From Arcobacteraceae bacterium (GTDB taxonomy: Bacteria; Campylobacterota; Campylobacteria; Campylobacterales; Arcobacteraceae), in NCBI GenBank assembly GCA_963662945.1, contig OY759974.1, positions 672,001-736,000 on the forward strand: a stretch of DNA of 64,000 bases, in the 5' to 3' direction. Position numbers and translations under genes: made by a program. The notes under the pieces were generated by a model. The model ran no database searches. It had not been told where the DNA came from and saw nothing but the letters and a program-made list of their open reading frames with translations. Positions 52,567 to 64,000 of the stretch are shown in pieces. Numbering within the stretch: the first letter of the stretch is position 1; each line of letters starts with the position of its first letter.

Positions 52567-53230
52567 GTTTATATCCTATTCCTCTCAAAGAGATAATATA
52601 TTGAGGTTTTTTGGGATTCTCTTCTATTTTATTTCTAATTCTTCCTATAAGGACATCAATACTTTTTAAACTACTCTCATAATTTATAGAATCAACATTT
52701 GTCAGTAACTCTTCTCTTGAAACGCTAAAACCAGATTTTTTAATAAAATATTGCATAATAAAATACTCTGCATTAGTAAAGTGAATAACCTCATCATTTT
52801 TTCTTATTTCCATTTTAGCATCATCGTATTGAAAAACTTTTTTATTTTCAATAATTTTTTCATTTTGCCCTGATACTCTTTTCAAAATAGAATTAATTCT
52901 TAACACCAATTCTTGAGGATCATAGGGTTTTGGTATATAATCATCTGCACCAAATGCAAAACATTTACTTTTGTCTTCAATATCACTTCTAGCACTTGAA
53001 ATGATGATTGGAATTTGAGATTTATTTCTAATAAGTTTACAAACTTCTGTTCCATCTATCTCTGGTAATGATAAATCCAATATGACCATATCGTATTTTT
53101 CAATACTTAATGCACTTAATCCTAAAGCAGGACTTTCATAGTTTGTAATCTTTATATTATATCGACTTAAAAAATCACCTAAAAACTCTGCAATTTCTCC
53201 GTCATCTTCTATCATTAAAATATTTATCAT
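52553..53230 (-). CDS. OmpR-family response regulator
   Basis: IEDD, LDLSLP, SSAR, DDYIPKPY, SIDVLIGRIRNKIE, RGIGY. Confidence 0.93.
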   Translation of the reverse strand: MINILMIEDDGEIAEFLGDFLSRYNIKITNYESPALGLSALSIEKYDMVILDLSLPEIDGTEVCKLIRNKSQIPIIISSARSDIEDKSKCFAFGADDYIPKPYDPQELVLRINSILKRVSGQNEKIIENKKVFQYDDAKMEIRKNDEVIHFTNAEYFIMQYFIKKSGFSVSREELLTNVDSINYESSLKSIDVLIGRIRNKIEENPKKPQYIISLRGIGYKLVNQ

Positions 53231-53235
53231 ACCTT

Positions 53236-53268
53236 ATTATATCAATATAAAGTAAATAAAAAGTATCA
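53236..53268 (-). promoter_or_regulatory. Promoter of the two-component operon (extended -10, putative autoregulatory box)
   Basis: Coding strand TGATACTTTTTATTTAC-N10-TATAAT, TGn extension, 5 nt to the ATG. Confidence 0.55.
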
Positions 53269-53273
53269 TCAAA

Positions 53274-55994
53274 CTATAATAAATCCTTTTCTGCCTTTCC
53301 ATAGAACCACCCTTGTGCATAATCAACTCCGAGTTCCCTAACTTTGTCATCTAATTCTTTTGAACTTACAAATTCAGCAATTGTTTTCATATTTGATTTT
53401 TTTGCAAAAGTAACAATAGATTTTACAACTTCTGCTGCCCTTTCATCTTCTAAAATCAGTTTTGTAATTGAACCATCTATTTTTACATAATCAGCTTTTA
53501 AAGATATGAGATACTCATAGTTTGAATATCCACTTCCAAAATCATCTATGGCAACTTTACAACCTCTATCTTTAAATTTTTGTATTGTATTTGCAATACT
53601 GTCACTATCTTCTATCTCTTCAGATTCAACTATTTCTATAACCATTCGCTCAAAAATATTTTTTTGTTCCGCATAATCATAAATGAAAACCATAAGTTCT
53701 TCATTCATTAGATCTTCTATTGATAAATTTATCGAAAACTCCTCTTTACAATTTGCAAATTTACTTATAGACTTTTCAACAATTTTATAGGTAAGTTCTG
53801 GATACAATTTTGTTTTTTTAGCTATCTCTAAGTATGCAAAAGGTGCAACCACTTTTCCCTCATCAATAAGTCTCATAAGACATTCATATTTTTCTATTTT
53901 TTGCGTATGATAATTATAAATTGGTTGGAAGTAAGGGATAATTCTATCTTCATTTAAAGCAACATGTAATTTTTCAACCCAAATCAAGTTATTCTTAAAT
54001 TCTTGAATATTATTCATAGAAGAATCATACACTTTTAAACGTATTTTTTTATTTTTCGCTTCACTTAATGCCATATCTGCATACGTTAACAAATTCTCAC
54101 TTTGATTTGCAATCCCTGCTGTATAGGTAAGTATAAAATTATCATTATTAATACTATAAACTTTTTTACCCTCATTGTCCATAAATCTTTCAATTTTTTT
54201 AACAACTTTTTCTAGAGTATATGATTTGGTAAATAAAGCAAAAATGTCAGCTTGTACTCTATATACCTTATAATTTTCATTGTTAACAAAGCTAAATAAT
54301 CTTTCTCCTAATGCTGTAATTACTTTATCTCCTATATGATGCCCTTTAATATCATTTAGTTCTTTAAATCTATCTATATTTATCAATGCCAATACACCTT
54401 GGGCATTTCTACTAATTTCATCAATTAAACTAACTCTATTTCCCAACCCAGTTAAAGAATCAGTTTTAAAAATATTTTGTAGTTTTCTTCTATTTTCAAA
54501 AAGCTCTGTAATATCAGAACCTGATGAGATATATTCCACAATCTGACCATTACTATCTTTGATAGGTACAATTGTAGTATTATTCACATAACTTTCCGAA
54601 TTTTTCTTTTTATTTTTCAGTATCCCTTTCCAGATTTTACCTGCACTAATAGTTGTCCATAATTTTTTGAACTGACTTTTTGGTGTTTCTGGATGTTTTA
54701 CAATATTATGAGATTTTCCAATAACTTCATCTTTCGTATAACCACTTACTTTACAGAAGTTATCATTTACATATGTAATTATTCCCTCTTTATTGGTTTT
54801 GGATACCACAACACTTTTGTCTAAAATCAATTGATATTGCTGTAACATATTCATATAATCTTTTTGAGATTCTTCAACTTTTCGAATCCTTTTTGAAATA
54901 AAGAAGGCTATTATTAAACTTAAAAAAATCAAAAGAACTAAAATGGATAAAATTTGATTGAGATTTTTATCTAAAGATTGTTTTACTCGTAATTTTTCTT
55001 CTACCAACATATCCTTGAGTTCAGTTAAATAAAATCCAGAACCTATAATAACATCCCAATCTTTTAGTATATGAATATAAGATATTTTTTCATCTTCTAT
55101 ATTGGTATCAGGTCTACGCCAAATATAACTAATAAACCCTCCACTTTTATCCAAAACTATTTTTTTCATATTTTGAAATAAATACTGTCCATCTAAAGTT
55201 TGAAAATCAGTTAAATCTTTATTATTTAGCTCTGGTTGTATGGGGTGCATCAACATGACATTATTAAGATTATGAATCCAAAAATACCCATAGTTATTTT
55301 CACCAAATCTATCTTTTTTTAACTCTTCAAATACTAATTCTTGAACTTTTTTTTGAAATTCAGATTTATAAATACCTGCAGCAATAAAAATATTTAATTC
55401 TTTTAATTTTAAGGCATATACATATTTTGTGTAAAGTTTATTTTTTGTAGCATTTGGTTTATACCATTGATATGTTCCAAAATTTTCATCTTTATTCATA
55501 GTATCTTTAATAAAATATTCTAATTCTTTATTGTTTTTCAATAAATTAAAAATATTTTTATGTTCTAGTTTTTTATCCCCACCATGGTATAAAATATTTC
55601 CAGATAAATCAAAAATATAAAAATATCCTGTCTCATTATCCCATTTGAAAAGATCTAATTCCTTTTTATATTTTTGAATTAAACTTTTTTTATTTTCTCC
55701 ATTTCGAAATGCGTTTAAAAATACATCATAGGTAAAGTGAACTTTTTCTTCCAACGATTCTCTAAGAGTTTTATATGATAAATCTTCTATTATTTCTATT
55801 TTTTTAATTGTTCGTTTAATTTCTGTTTGTACTAAAACTTTATTTTTTTCTATATAAGTTTTTTCCATTAATGCAACTCTTTCTTTGTAAGATTCATTTG
55901 ATATTAATACAAGAAAACCACCTATAACCGTACTAAATAAAAAAGCAATAACTAAAATGTTTAAAAAACTAAATTTTGATAATGAAATTTTCAT
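53274..55994 (-). CDS. Membrane Cache-Cache-PAS-degenerate GGDEF-EAL protein
   Basis: TM, two Cache-like repeats (GYFYIFD; GYFWI...MHP...WDVIIGSGFY), PAS, DSLTGLGNR with QADIF at the GGDEF site, ECLMR, DDFGSGYSN. Confidence 0.88.
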   Translation of the reverse strand: MKISLSKFSFLNILVIAFLFSTVIGGFLVLISNESYKERVALMEKTYIEKNKVLVQTEIKRTIKKIEIIEDLSYKTLRESLEEKVHFTYDVFLNAFRNGENKKSLIQKYKKELDLFKWDNETGYFYIFDLSGNILYHGGDKKLEHKNIFNLLKNNKELEYFIKDTMNKDENFGTYQWYKPNATKNKLYTKYVYALKLKELNIFIAAGIYKSEFQKKVQELVFEELKKDRFGENNYGYFWIHNLNNVMLMHPIQPELNNKDLTDFQTLDGQYLFQNMKKIVLDKSGGFISYIWRRPDTNIEDEKISYIHILKDWDVIIGSGFYLTELKDMLVEEKLRVKQSLDKNLNQILSILVLLIFLSLIIAFFISKRIRKVEESQKDYMNMLQQYQLILDKSVVVSKTNKEGIITYVNDNFCKVSGYTKDEVIGKSHNIVKHPETPKSQFKKLWTTISAGKIWKGILKNKKKNSESYVNNTTIVPIKDSNGQIVEYISSGSDITELFENRRKLQNIFKTDSLTGLGNRVSLIDEISRNAQGVLALINIDRFKELNDIKGHHIGDKVITALGERLFSFVNNENYKVYRVQADIFALFTKSYTLEKVVKKIERFMDNEGKKVYSINNDNFILTYTAGIANQSENLLTYADMALSEAKNKKIRLKVYDSSMNNIQEFKNNLIWVEKLHVALNEDRIIPYFQPIYNYHTQKIEKYECLMRLIDEGKVVAPFAYLEIAKKTKLYPELTYKIVEKSISKFANCKEEFSINLSIEDLMNEELMVFIYDYAEQKNIFERMVIEIVESEEIEDSDSIANTIQKFKDRGCKVAIDDFGSGYSNYEYLISLKADYVKIDGSITKLILEDERAAEVVKSIVTFAKKSNMKTIAEFVSSKELDDKVRELGVDYAQGWFYGKAEKDLL

Positions 55995-56091
55995 AATTAT
56001 TCCCTATACTAAACTATATTTATTGTATATCAACTTCCCTAATGTTTTCCTTTTGGCTATCCTCTAAAGTAAAGTTATGTTATGATTTCGT

Positions 56092-56388
56092 ATGTTTAAT
56101 AAAAGTCATAATTTTTTTATTTTTTTATTATTATTACTTATAGGAACCGCTATACAATTAGTATATATATATCAAACAAAAACTCTAACGCAACAAGCTA
56201 TTGATAAAAAAAATATTTTTGTTAAAATTACTTCTTTACCAGATTTAGCACTTAGTACAGAAGCAAACTATATAAGACATCGAAGTTTAAGTGATATTTT
56301 TTCTATTTACAAAGATGATGGAACTTTACGTGAATATGCTCCATCAACCTACACCTATTCCGTTTCAAAGGGACTTTATGAAAAATAA
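56092..56388 (+). CDS. Small membrane-anchored hypothetical protein
   Basis: N-terminal TM; LPDLALSTEANYIRHRSLSD; overlaps the start of the permease. Confidence 0.65.
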   Translation: MFNKSHNFFIFLLLLLIGTAIQLVYIYQTKTLTQQAIDKKNIFVKITSLPDLALSTEANYIRHRSLSDIFSIYKDDGTLREYAPSTYTYSVSKGLYEK

Positions 56389-57556
56389 AATTAATCTTTA
56401 CCTTTTAGAGTATGCACTGAATAGTATTTTACGGCAAAAAGAAAAAAACTTTTTTATTCTTTTTATATTTACTTTTTTAACATTTTTACTTTCAAGTGTC
56501 TTTTTTATCTCAAATTCAATAAAACATGAACTCAATACTACTGTTGATTCACTCCCACAAATTATAGTTCAGAACTTAAAAGCTGGAAAAGCATATGACA
56601 TAGAATTAAGTGCTTTAGATGATATTATTGCAATTACTGGTGTAAAAGATGCAAATGCAAGAGTGTGGGGGTATTATTATTTTGATAATGCAGGGGTTAA
56701 TTTTACTATTGTAGGTATTGATCAATATGAAAATCAATATAAAAAAAGCTTCACAAAAATTGCTTCAAAACTGACAAATACTGAAAACTCTTCTATGATA
56801 GTTGGTTTAGGTGTACAAAAAATAATGGCACAAAACTATTATAAAGATTACTTTAATTTTATTAAACCAGATGGAACAATCAAAAAAATCTCTTTAGCTG
56901 GTACTTTTGATACAAATACACAACTTGAATCAAACGATGTAATAGCAATGTCAAAAGAAGATGCAAGGGAAATATTTAATATGAGTGATGATATGACTAC
57001 AGATATTGTTGTAACAGTTGCAAATCCAGAAGAGATACCAACTATAAAAGAAAAGATTCAGTTGCTTTATCCAAATACGAGAATTATCACAAATGAAGAT
57101 TTAAAAATTAGCTACCAAAATATTTTTGATTATAAAAGTGGTGTTTTTTTGGCTTTATTTGTTATTTCACTCTTTACATTTTTTATGATTGTTTATGATA
57201 AAGCAAGTGGACTTACTAGTGAAGAAAAAAAAGATATAGGTATTTTAAAATCACTTGGTTGGACTATAGATGATGTGTTAAAAGAAAAATTTTATGAAGC
57301 ATTTATTATCTCTTTTATTGCATATCTATTAGGAATATTTTTTGCTTTTGGTTATGTATATCTTTTACAAGCCCCTCTTTTACGAGAAATATTTGTGGGA
57401 TATTCGCAACTTAAAACAACATTTGGGCTTCCATTTGTATTTAATTTTCAAACACTCTTTTTAGTATTTTTCTTAAGTGTTCCTATCTATATTGCAGCAA
57501 CTATTATTCCATCTTGGAGAATTGCTACTTTGGAAGCAGACGAGGTAATAAGATAA
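56378..57556 (+). CDS. ABC transporter permease (MacB/LolE/FtsX-like)
   Basis: Likely start MKNKIN at 56378; TM1, large periplasmic domain, EKKDIGILKSLGW, three C-terminal TMs. Confidence 0.85.
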   Translation: MKNKINLYLLEYALNSILRQKEKNFFILFIFTFLTFLLSSVFFISNSIKHELNTTVDSLPQIIVQNLKAGKAYDIELSALDDIIAITGVKDANARVWGYYYFDNAGVNFTIVGIDQYENQYKKSFTKIASKLTNTENSSMIVGLGVQKIMAQNYYKDYFNFIKPDGTIKKISLAGTFDTNTQLESNDVIAMSKEDAREIFNMSDDMTTDIVVTVANPEEIPTIKEKIQLLYPNTRIITNEDLKISYQNIFDYKSGVFLALFVISLFTFFMIVYDKASGLTSEEKKDIGILKSLGWTIDDVLKEKFYEAFIISFIAYLLGIFFAFGYVYLLQAPLLREIFVGYSQLKTTFGLPFVFNFQTLFLVFFLSVPIYIAATIIPSWRIATLEADEVIR

Positions 57557-58212
57557 TGATTCAACTTAAAAATGTCACCAAAACATATAATGAAATTATT
57601 GCATTAAATAAGATAAACCTTCAATTCAATGAAGGGGAACTTATAGTTTTAAAAGGTGCTAGTGGAAGTGGAAAAAGTACTATTTTATCTCTTATTGCTG
57701 GACTTACAAAACCTACTTCCGGTGAAGTGATAGTTGATAATAAACAAATATCAAAACTTACTGATAATTTTGCTTCCCTTCATCGAAGAGAAAATATTGG
57801 ATTTATCTTCCAAAAGTACAATCTTATTGCAAATCTAACAGCAAAAGAAAATATTGCATTACCACTTATCCCAAATAATCCTGATGAAAAAAAATTGGAA
57901 CAATTACTTGATGATGTAATGGAAAAGTTTCATATCTCGCATAAAAAAAATATCGTAGTAAAAAATCTCTCAGGAGGAGAACAACAACGTGTTGCAATAG
58001 CAAGAGCAAATATCAATAATCCAAAAATAATTATTGCTGATGAACCAACGGCAAATCTTGATGAAAAACTCTCTCTTCACTTTATAGAGATTTTAAAAAC
58101 ACTCAAACAATCAAATAAAACAATTATTGTAGCAACACATGATCCGATATTTTTTAATCTTGATTTTGTAGATAGAATCGTAGAAATACACAATGGAAAT
58201 CTTATACTATGA
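57556..58212 (+). CDS. ABC ATP-binding protein (LolD/MacB-like)
   Basis: Start MIQLKNV (TAATG overlap); GASGSGKST, LSGGEQQRVAIARA, ADEPTANLD, ATHD. Confidence 0.92.
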   Translation: MIQLKNVTKTYNEIIALNKINLQFNEGELIVLKGASGSGKSTILSLIAGLTKPTSGEVIVDNKQISKLTDNFASLHRRENIGFIFQKYNLIANLTAKENIALPLIPNNPDEKKLEQLLDDVMEKFHISHKKNIVVKNLSGGEQQRVAIARANINNPKIIIADEPTANLDEKLSLHFIEILKTLKQSNKTIIVATHDPIFFNLDFVDRIVEIHNGNLIL

Positions 58213-59159
58213 TACTTACTCCTGAAATTATAGCAATCTTTATTCTTAATACTCTTTTTCTAATCTTTGGATTTATAGCTTTTATTTTAAGTATTAAAAT
58301 ATTCTTATACTGGGATACAAAAGCAACTACACAAACACAATATATACTTGAAAAACAAAGTTTTTTAACAGCCACAATTATTAAATATATTTTTATAGTC
58401 AAACTTCCTTTATTTTTATTTTTTATTTTTACACTTGATAAACTATCAACTTCAATAACAGGTGCAATGTGTGCTGCTGGTGTAGTAGATGCAACACCCT
58501 ATGGAACTTATCTATTTATAATCAAAATTATCAATATTTATCTTTTTGGATTTTGGCTTACATTTCACTATGCAGATACAAAATTTGAAGTACCAAAATA
58601 TACAAAACAAAAATTTGGTTTATTTATAGTTGGATTTTTCTTTTTAATTACTGAAATTATTCTTGAAACATTGATGTTTTATTCTATAGATATTAGTAAA
58701 ATGGTAAGTTGCTGTGGTACTTTATTTTCAAGTACTACAGCTTCATATATATCAAGCATTTTTCTTATAAAAACCCCTATTCTTTTAACGCTCTTTTATA
58801 TCACTTATATCTCTTTAATTGTATTTTATTTTATGAAACTCAAACATCTGTTTAGTCTATTTAATCTTCTTTTTTTAATCATCTCAATTATTAGTTTAAT
58901 AGCATTTTTTGGGACATATATTTATGAACTACCAACACATCATTGTCCATTTTGTTTTCTTCAAAAAGATTATTATTATGTTGGCTATCTTCTTTATAGT
59001 GTGTTGTTTATTGGTACTTTTAATGGTATCATTGTTGCTTTTAAAAATACTATAGCTTTAAAAGCTTATAAATTATCACTTTTATTTAACTTTATTTATA
59101 TAGTTATAGTTACACTTTATCCAATTGTTTATTATATTAAAAATGGTGTATGGTTATAA
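58209..59159 (+). CDS. Polytopic membrane protein with Cys/His motifs
   Basis: About 9 hydrophobic segments; GAMCAAG, VSCCG, YIYELPTHHCPFC. Confidence 0.75.
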   Translation: MILTPEIIAIFILNTLFLIFGFIAFILSIKIFLYWDTKATTQTQYILEKQSFLTATIIKYIFIVKLPLFLFFIFTLDKLSTSITGAMCAAGVVDATPYGTYLFIIKIINIYLFGFWLTFHYADTKFEVPKYTKQKFGLFIVGFFFLITEIILETLMFYSIDISKMVSCCGTLFSSTTASYISSIFLIKTPILLTLFYITYISLIVFYFMKLKHLFSLFNLLFLIISIISLIAFFGTYIYELPTHHCPFCFLQKDYYYVGYLLYSVLFIGTFNGIIVAFKNTIALKAYKLSLLFNFIYIVIVTLYPIVYYIKNGVWL

Positions 59160-59203
59160 CAAAAATTTAAATTTAAATAAACTTTTTTATATTATAATTA
59201 CCC

Positions 59204-60151
59204 ATGCAAAATAAAATCAAACAACTAAAACAAGAGATTTCAAAACAAGTTATTGGTCAAGAGCATATGGTAGATGCTCTTTTAATAGGATTATTTACAA
59301 ATGGACATATCCTTTTAGAAGGTGTTCCAGGACTTGCAAAAACTACTACTATAAATGCCATGGCAAAGTCACTCAATTTAGATTTTAAAAGAGTTCAATT
59401 TACCCCTGATTTACTACCTAGTGATATTATAGGTGCTCAAATATATGATATGAAAAGTGGTGATTTTAAAATCAAAAAAGGTCCTGTGTTTACAAACTTG
59501 CTACTTGCAGATGAGATAAATAGAGCTCCTGCGAAAGTACAATCTGCACTTTTAGAAGTAATGCAAGAAAGACAGGTAACACTAGGAGAAACTACATATA
59601 AAATTGACAATCCTTTCTTAGTGCTTGCTACTCAAAATCCAGTTGAACAAGAGGGAGCTTACAGCCTTCCTGAAGCACAACTTGATAGATTTATGTTCAA
59701 AATAATTGTGGGTTACAATACAAAAGAAGAGGAACATCAAATCGCTCTTAAAGCTGCAAACGCTACTTTTGAAACTATCAATGCAGTTTTACACAAAGAA
59801 GATATTGACACTATAAAACAAGACGTAAAAAACATTCATATTGATACAGAGCTTGAAGAGTATATTGTAGACTTAATATTTGCAACAAGGGAGCCAAAAA
59901 AGTACAATCTTGAAGGATTGGAAACCTTTATAGAATTTGGAGCAAGTCCAAGAGCTACAATCGATATGTTTAAATCAGTTAAAGCAATGGCTTATTTAAG
60001 AGGAAATGATTATGTAAGTCCTGTTGATATTGCATTATGTATCAAAGATGTTTTAAGACATAGAATAATTCTTAGTTACGAAGCATTAGCTAGTGATATC
60101 ACAGCAGATCAAATCATACAAAATATCTTAGAAAAAGTTCCTGTACCCTAA
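59204..60151 (+). CDS. MoxR-family AAA+ ATPase
   Basis: LLEGVPGLAKT, QFTPDLLPSD, LADEINRAPAKVQSALLE, ATQNPVEQEG, GASPR. Confidence 0.93.
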   Translation: MQNKIKQLKQEISKQVIGQEHMVDALLIGLFTNGHILLEGVPGLAKTTTINAMAKSLNLDFKRVQFTPDLLPSDIIGAQIYDMKSGDFKIKKGPVFTNLLLADEINRAPAKVQSALLEVMQERQVTLGETTYKIDNPFLVLATQNPVEQEGAYSLPEAQLDRFMFKIIVGYNTKEEEHQIALKAANATFETINAVLHKEDIDTIKQDVKNIHIDTELEEYIVDLIFATREPKKYNLEGLETFIEFGASPRATIDMFKSVKAMAYLRGNDYVSPVDIALCIKDVLRHRIILSYEALASDITADQIIQNILEKVPVP

Positions 60152-60158
60152 ACGTTTA

Positions 60159-60542
60159 TTACAATAGTGAAAGAAAAAATGTACCTGGATATATAAGAAC
60201 ATTTATATATCTGTACACTAAGTTATACTCGATATTTAGAGGTATTAAAGTCGAAATATCCTCGTCATTATCAATTCTCTTACATAAATTCAATCTAAAA
60301 CTTATATCAACAAATTTAAGTATTATAATCATATTCATCAAAAAACTGTAATTACTTAATGAAATAGCTAAATAAATAGAAAATATAAATGTGGGATTGA
60401 GAAGAAAAAATAGAAAAATGCTTTTTTTATATATTGTGTAATTGTTTTTTAGAACACCATAAAATCTATCTGCCTTTTGCCAATTAGATTCAAATAACTC
60501 TAAAGCTATAAAAATGATGATTAAAAAATAAATAGTATTCAA
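60159..60542 (-). CDS. Small membrane hypothetical protein
   Basis: 127 aa, several hydrophobic segments, TTG start. Confidence 0.55.
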   Translation of the reverse strand: MNTIYFLIIIFIALELFESNWQKADRFYGVLKNNYTIYKKSIFLFFLLNPTFIFSIYLAISLSNYSFLMNMIIILKFVDISFRLNLCKRIDNDEDISTLIPLNIEYNLVYRYINVLIYPGTFFLSLL

Positions 60543-60551
60543 TGTATATAG

Positions 60552-60580
60552 AAAAAAAGTAGAGTTAAACTCTACTTTTT
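60552..60580 (-). terminator. Intrinsic terminator after rpoC
   Basis: AAAAAAAGTAGAG-TTAAA-CTCTACTTTTT hairpin directly after the rpoC stop, with a U-tract on the minus strand. Confidence 0.85.
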
Positions 60581-60581
60581 A

Positions 60582-64000
<3,419 letters not shown>

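Noticed and set aside
33460-57555. Extended N-termini given by the ORF track for 33460, 56291 and 57514
   Set aside because: Better starts with an RBS or stop/start overlap exist at 33493, 56378 and 57556.

Overview
AT-rich bacterial chromosome segment from a nitrogen-fixing member of Campylobacterota, most likely Arcobacteraceae (inferred from gene content and sequence style, not from a search). (1) 1-31045, minus strand: a >31 kb surface-glycan locus running off the left edge. It contains ugd, uronic-acid genes, a PglK-type ABC exporter, pseB/C/F/G plus a NeuB-family synthase but no pseH, a large tailoring set (ATP-grasp, DmpG-like aldolase, methyltransferases, amidohydrolase, PIG-L deacetylase, formyltransferase), and a second KpsF/HpcH-aldolase/KdsB-like ulosonate module with a radical SAM enzyme. 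Two decayed elements are missed or truncated by the ORF track: a C-methyltransferase with an ACG start and an internal TAA, and an FkbH+ACP relic. (2) A PAS-EAL protein and a lipoprotein/DUF748/AsmA-like trio. (3) 38724-44592: a nif accessory cluster (nifN without nifE, nifX, DUF269, flavodoxin, atypical PII, nifW, nifZ, an FeSII/Shethna-like ferredoxin, a second ferredoxin) with sigma54 promoters and an adjacent rpoN. (4) 44647-53230: an OmpR-type two-component system, an RND pump and a five-EF-hand protein whose three promoters share a motif at identical spacing. (5) A Cache-PAS-EAL protein, an ABC system with a Cys/His-rich membrane protein, MoxR and the 3' part of rpoC. No rRNA, tRNA, CRISPR or mobile element was seen. 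All family assignments come from motif recognition only.
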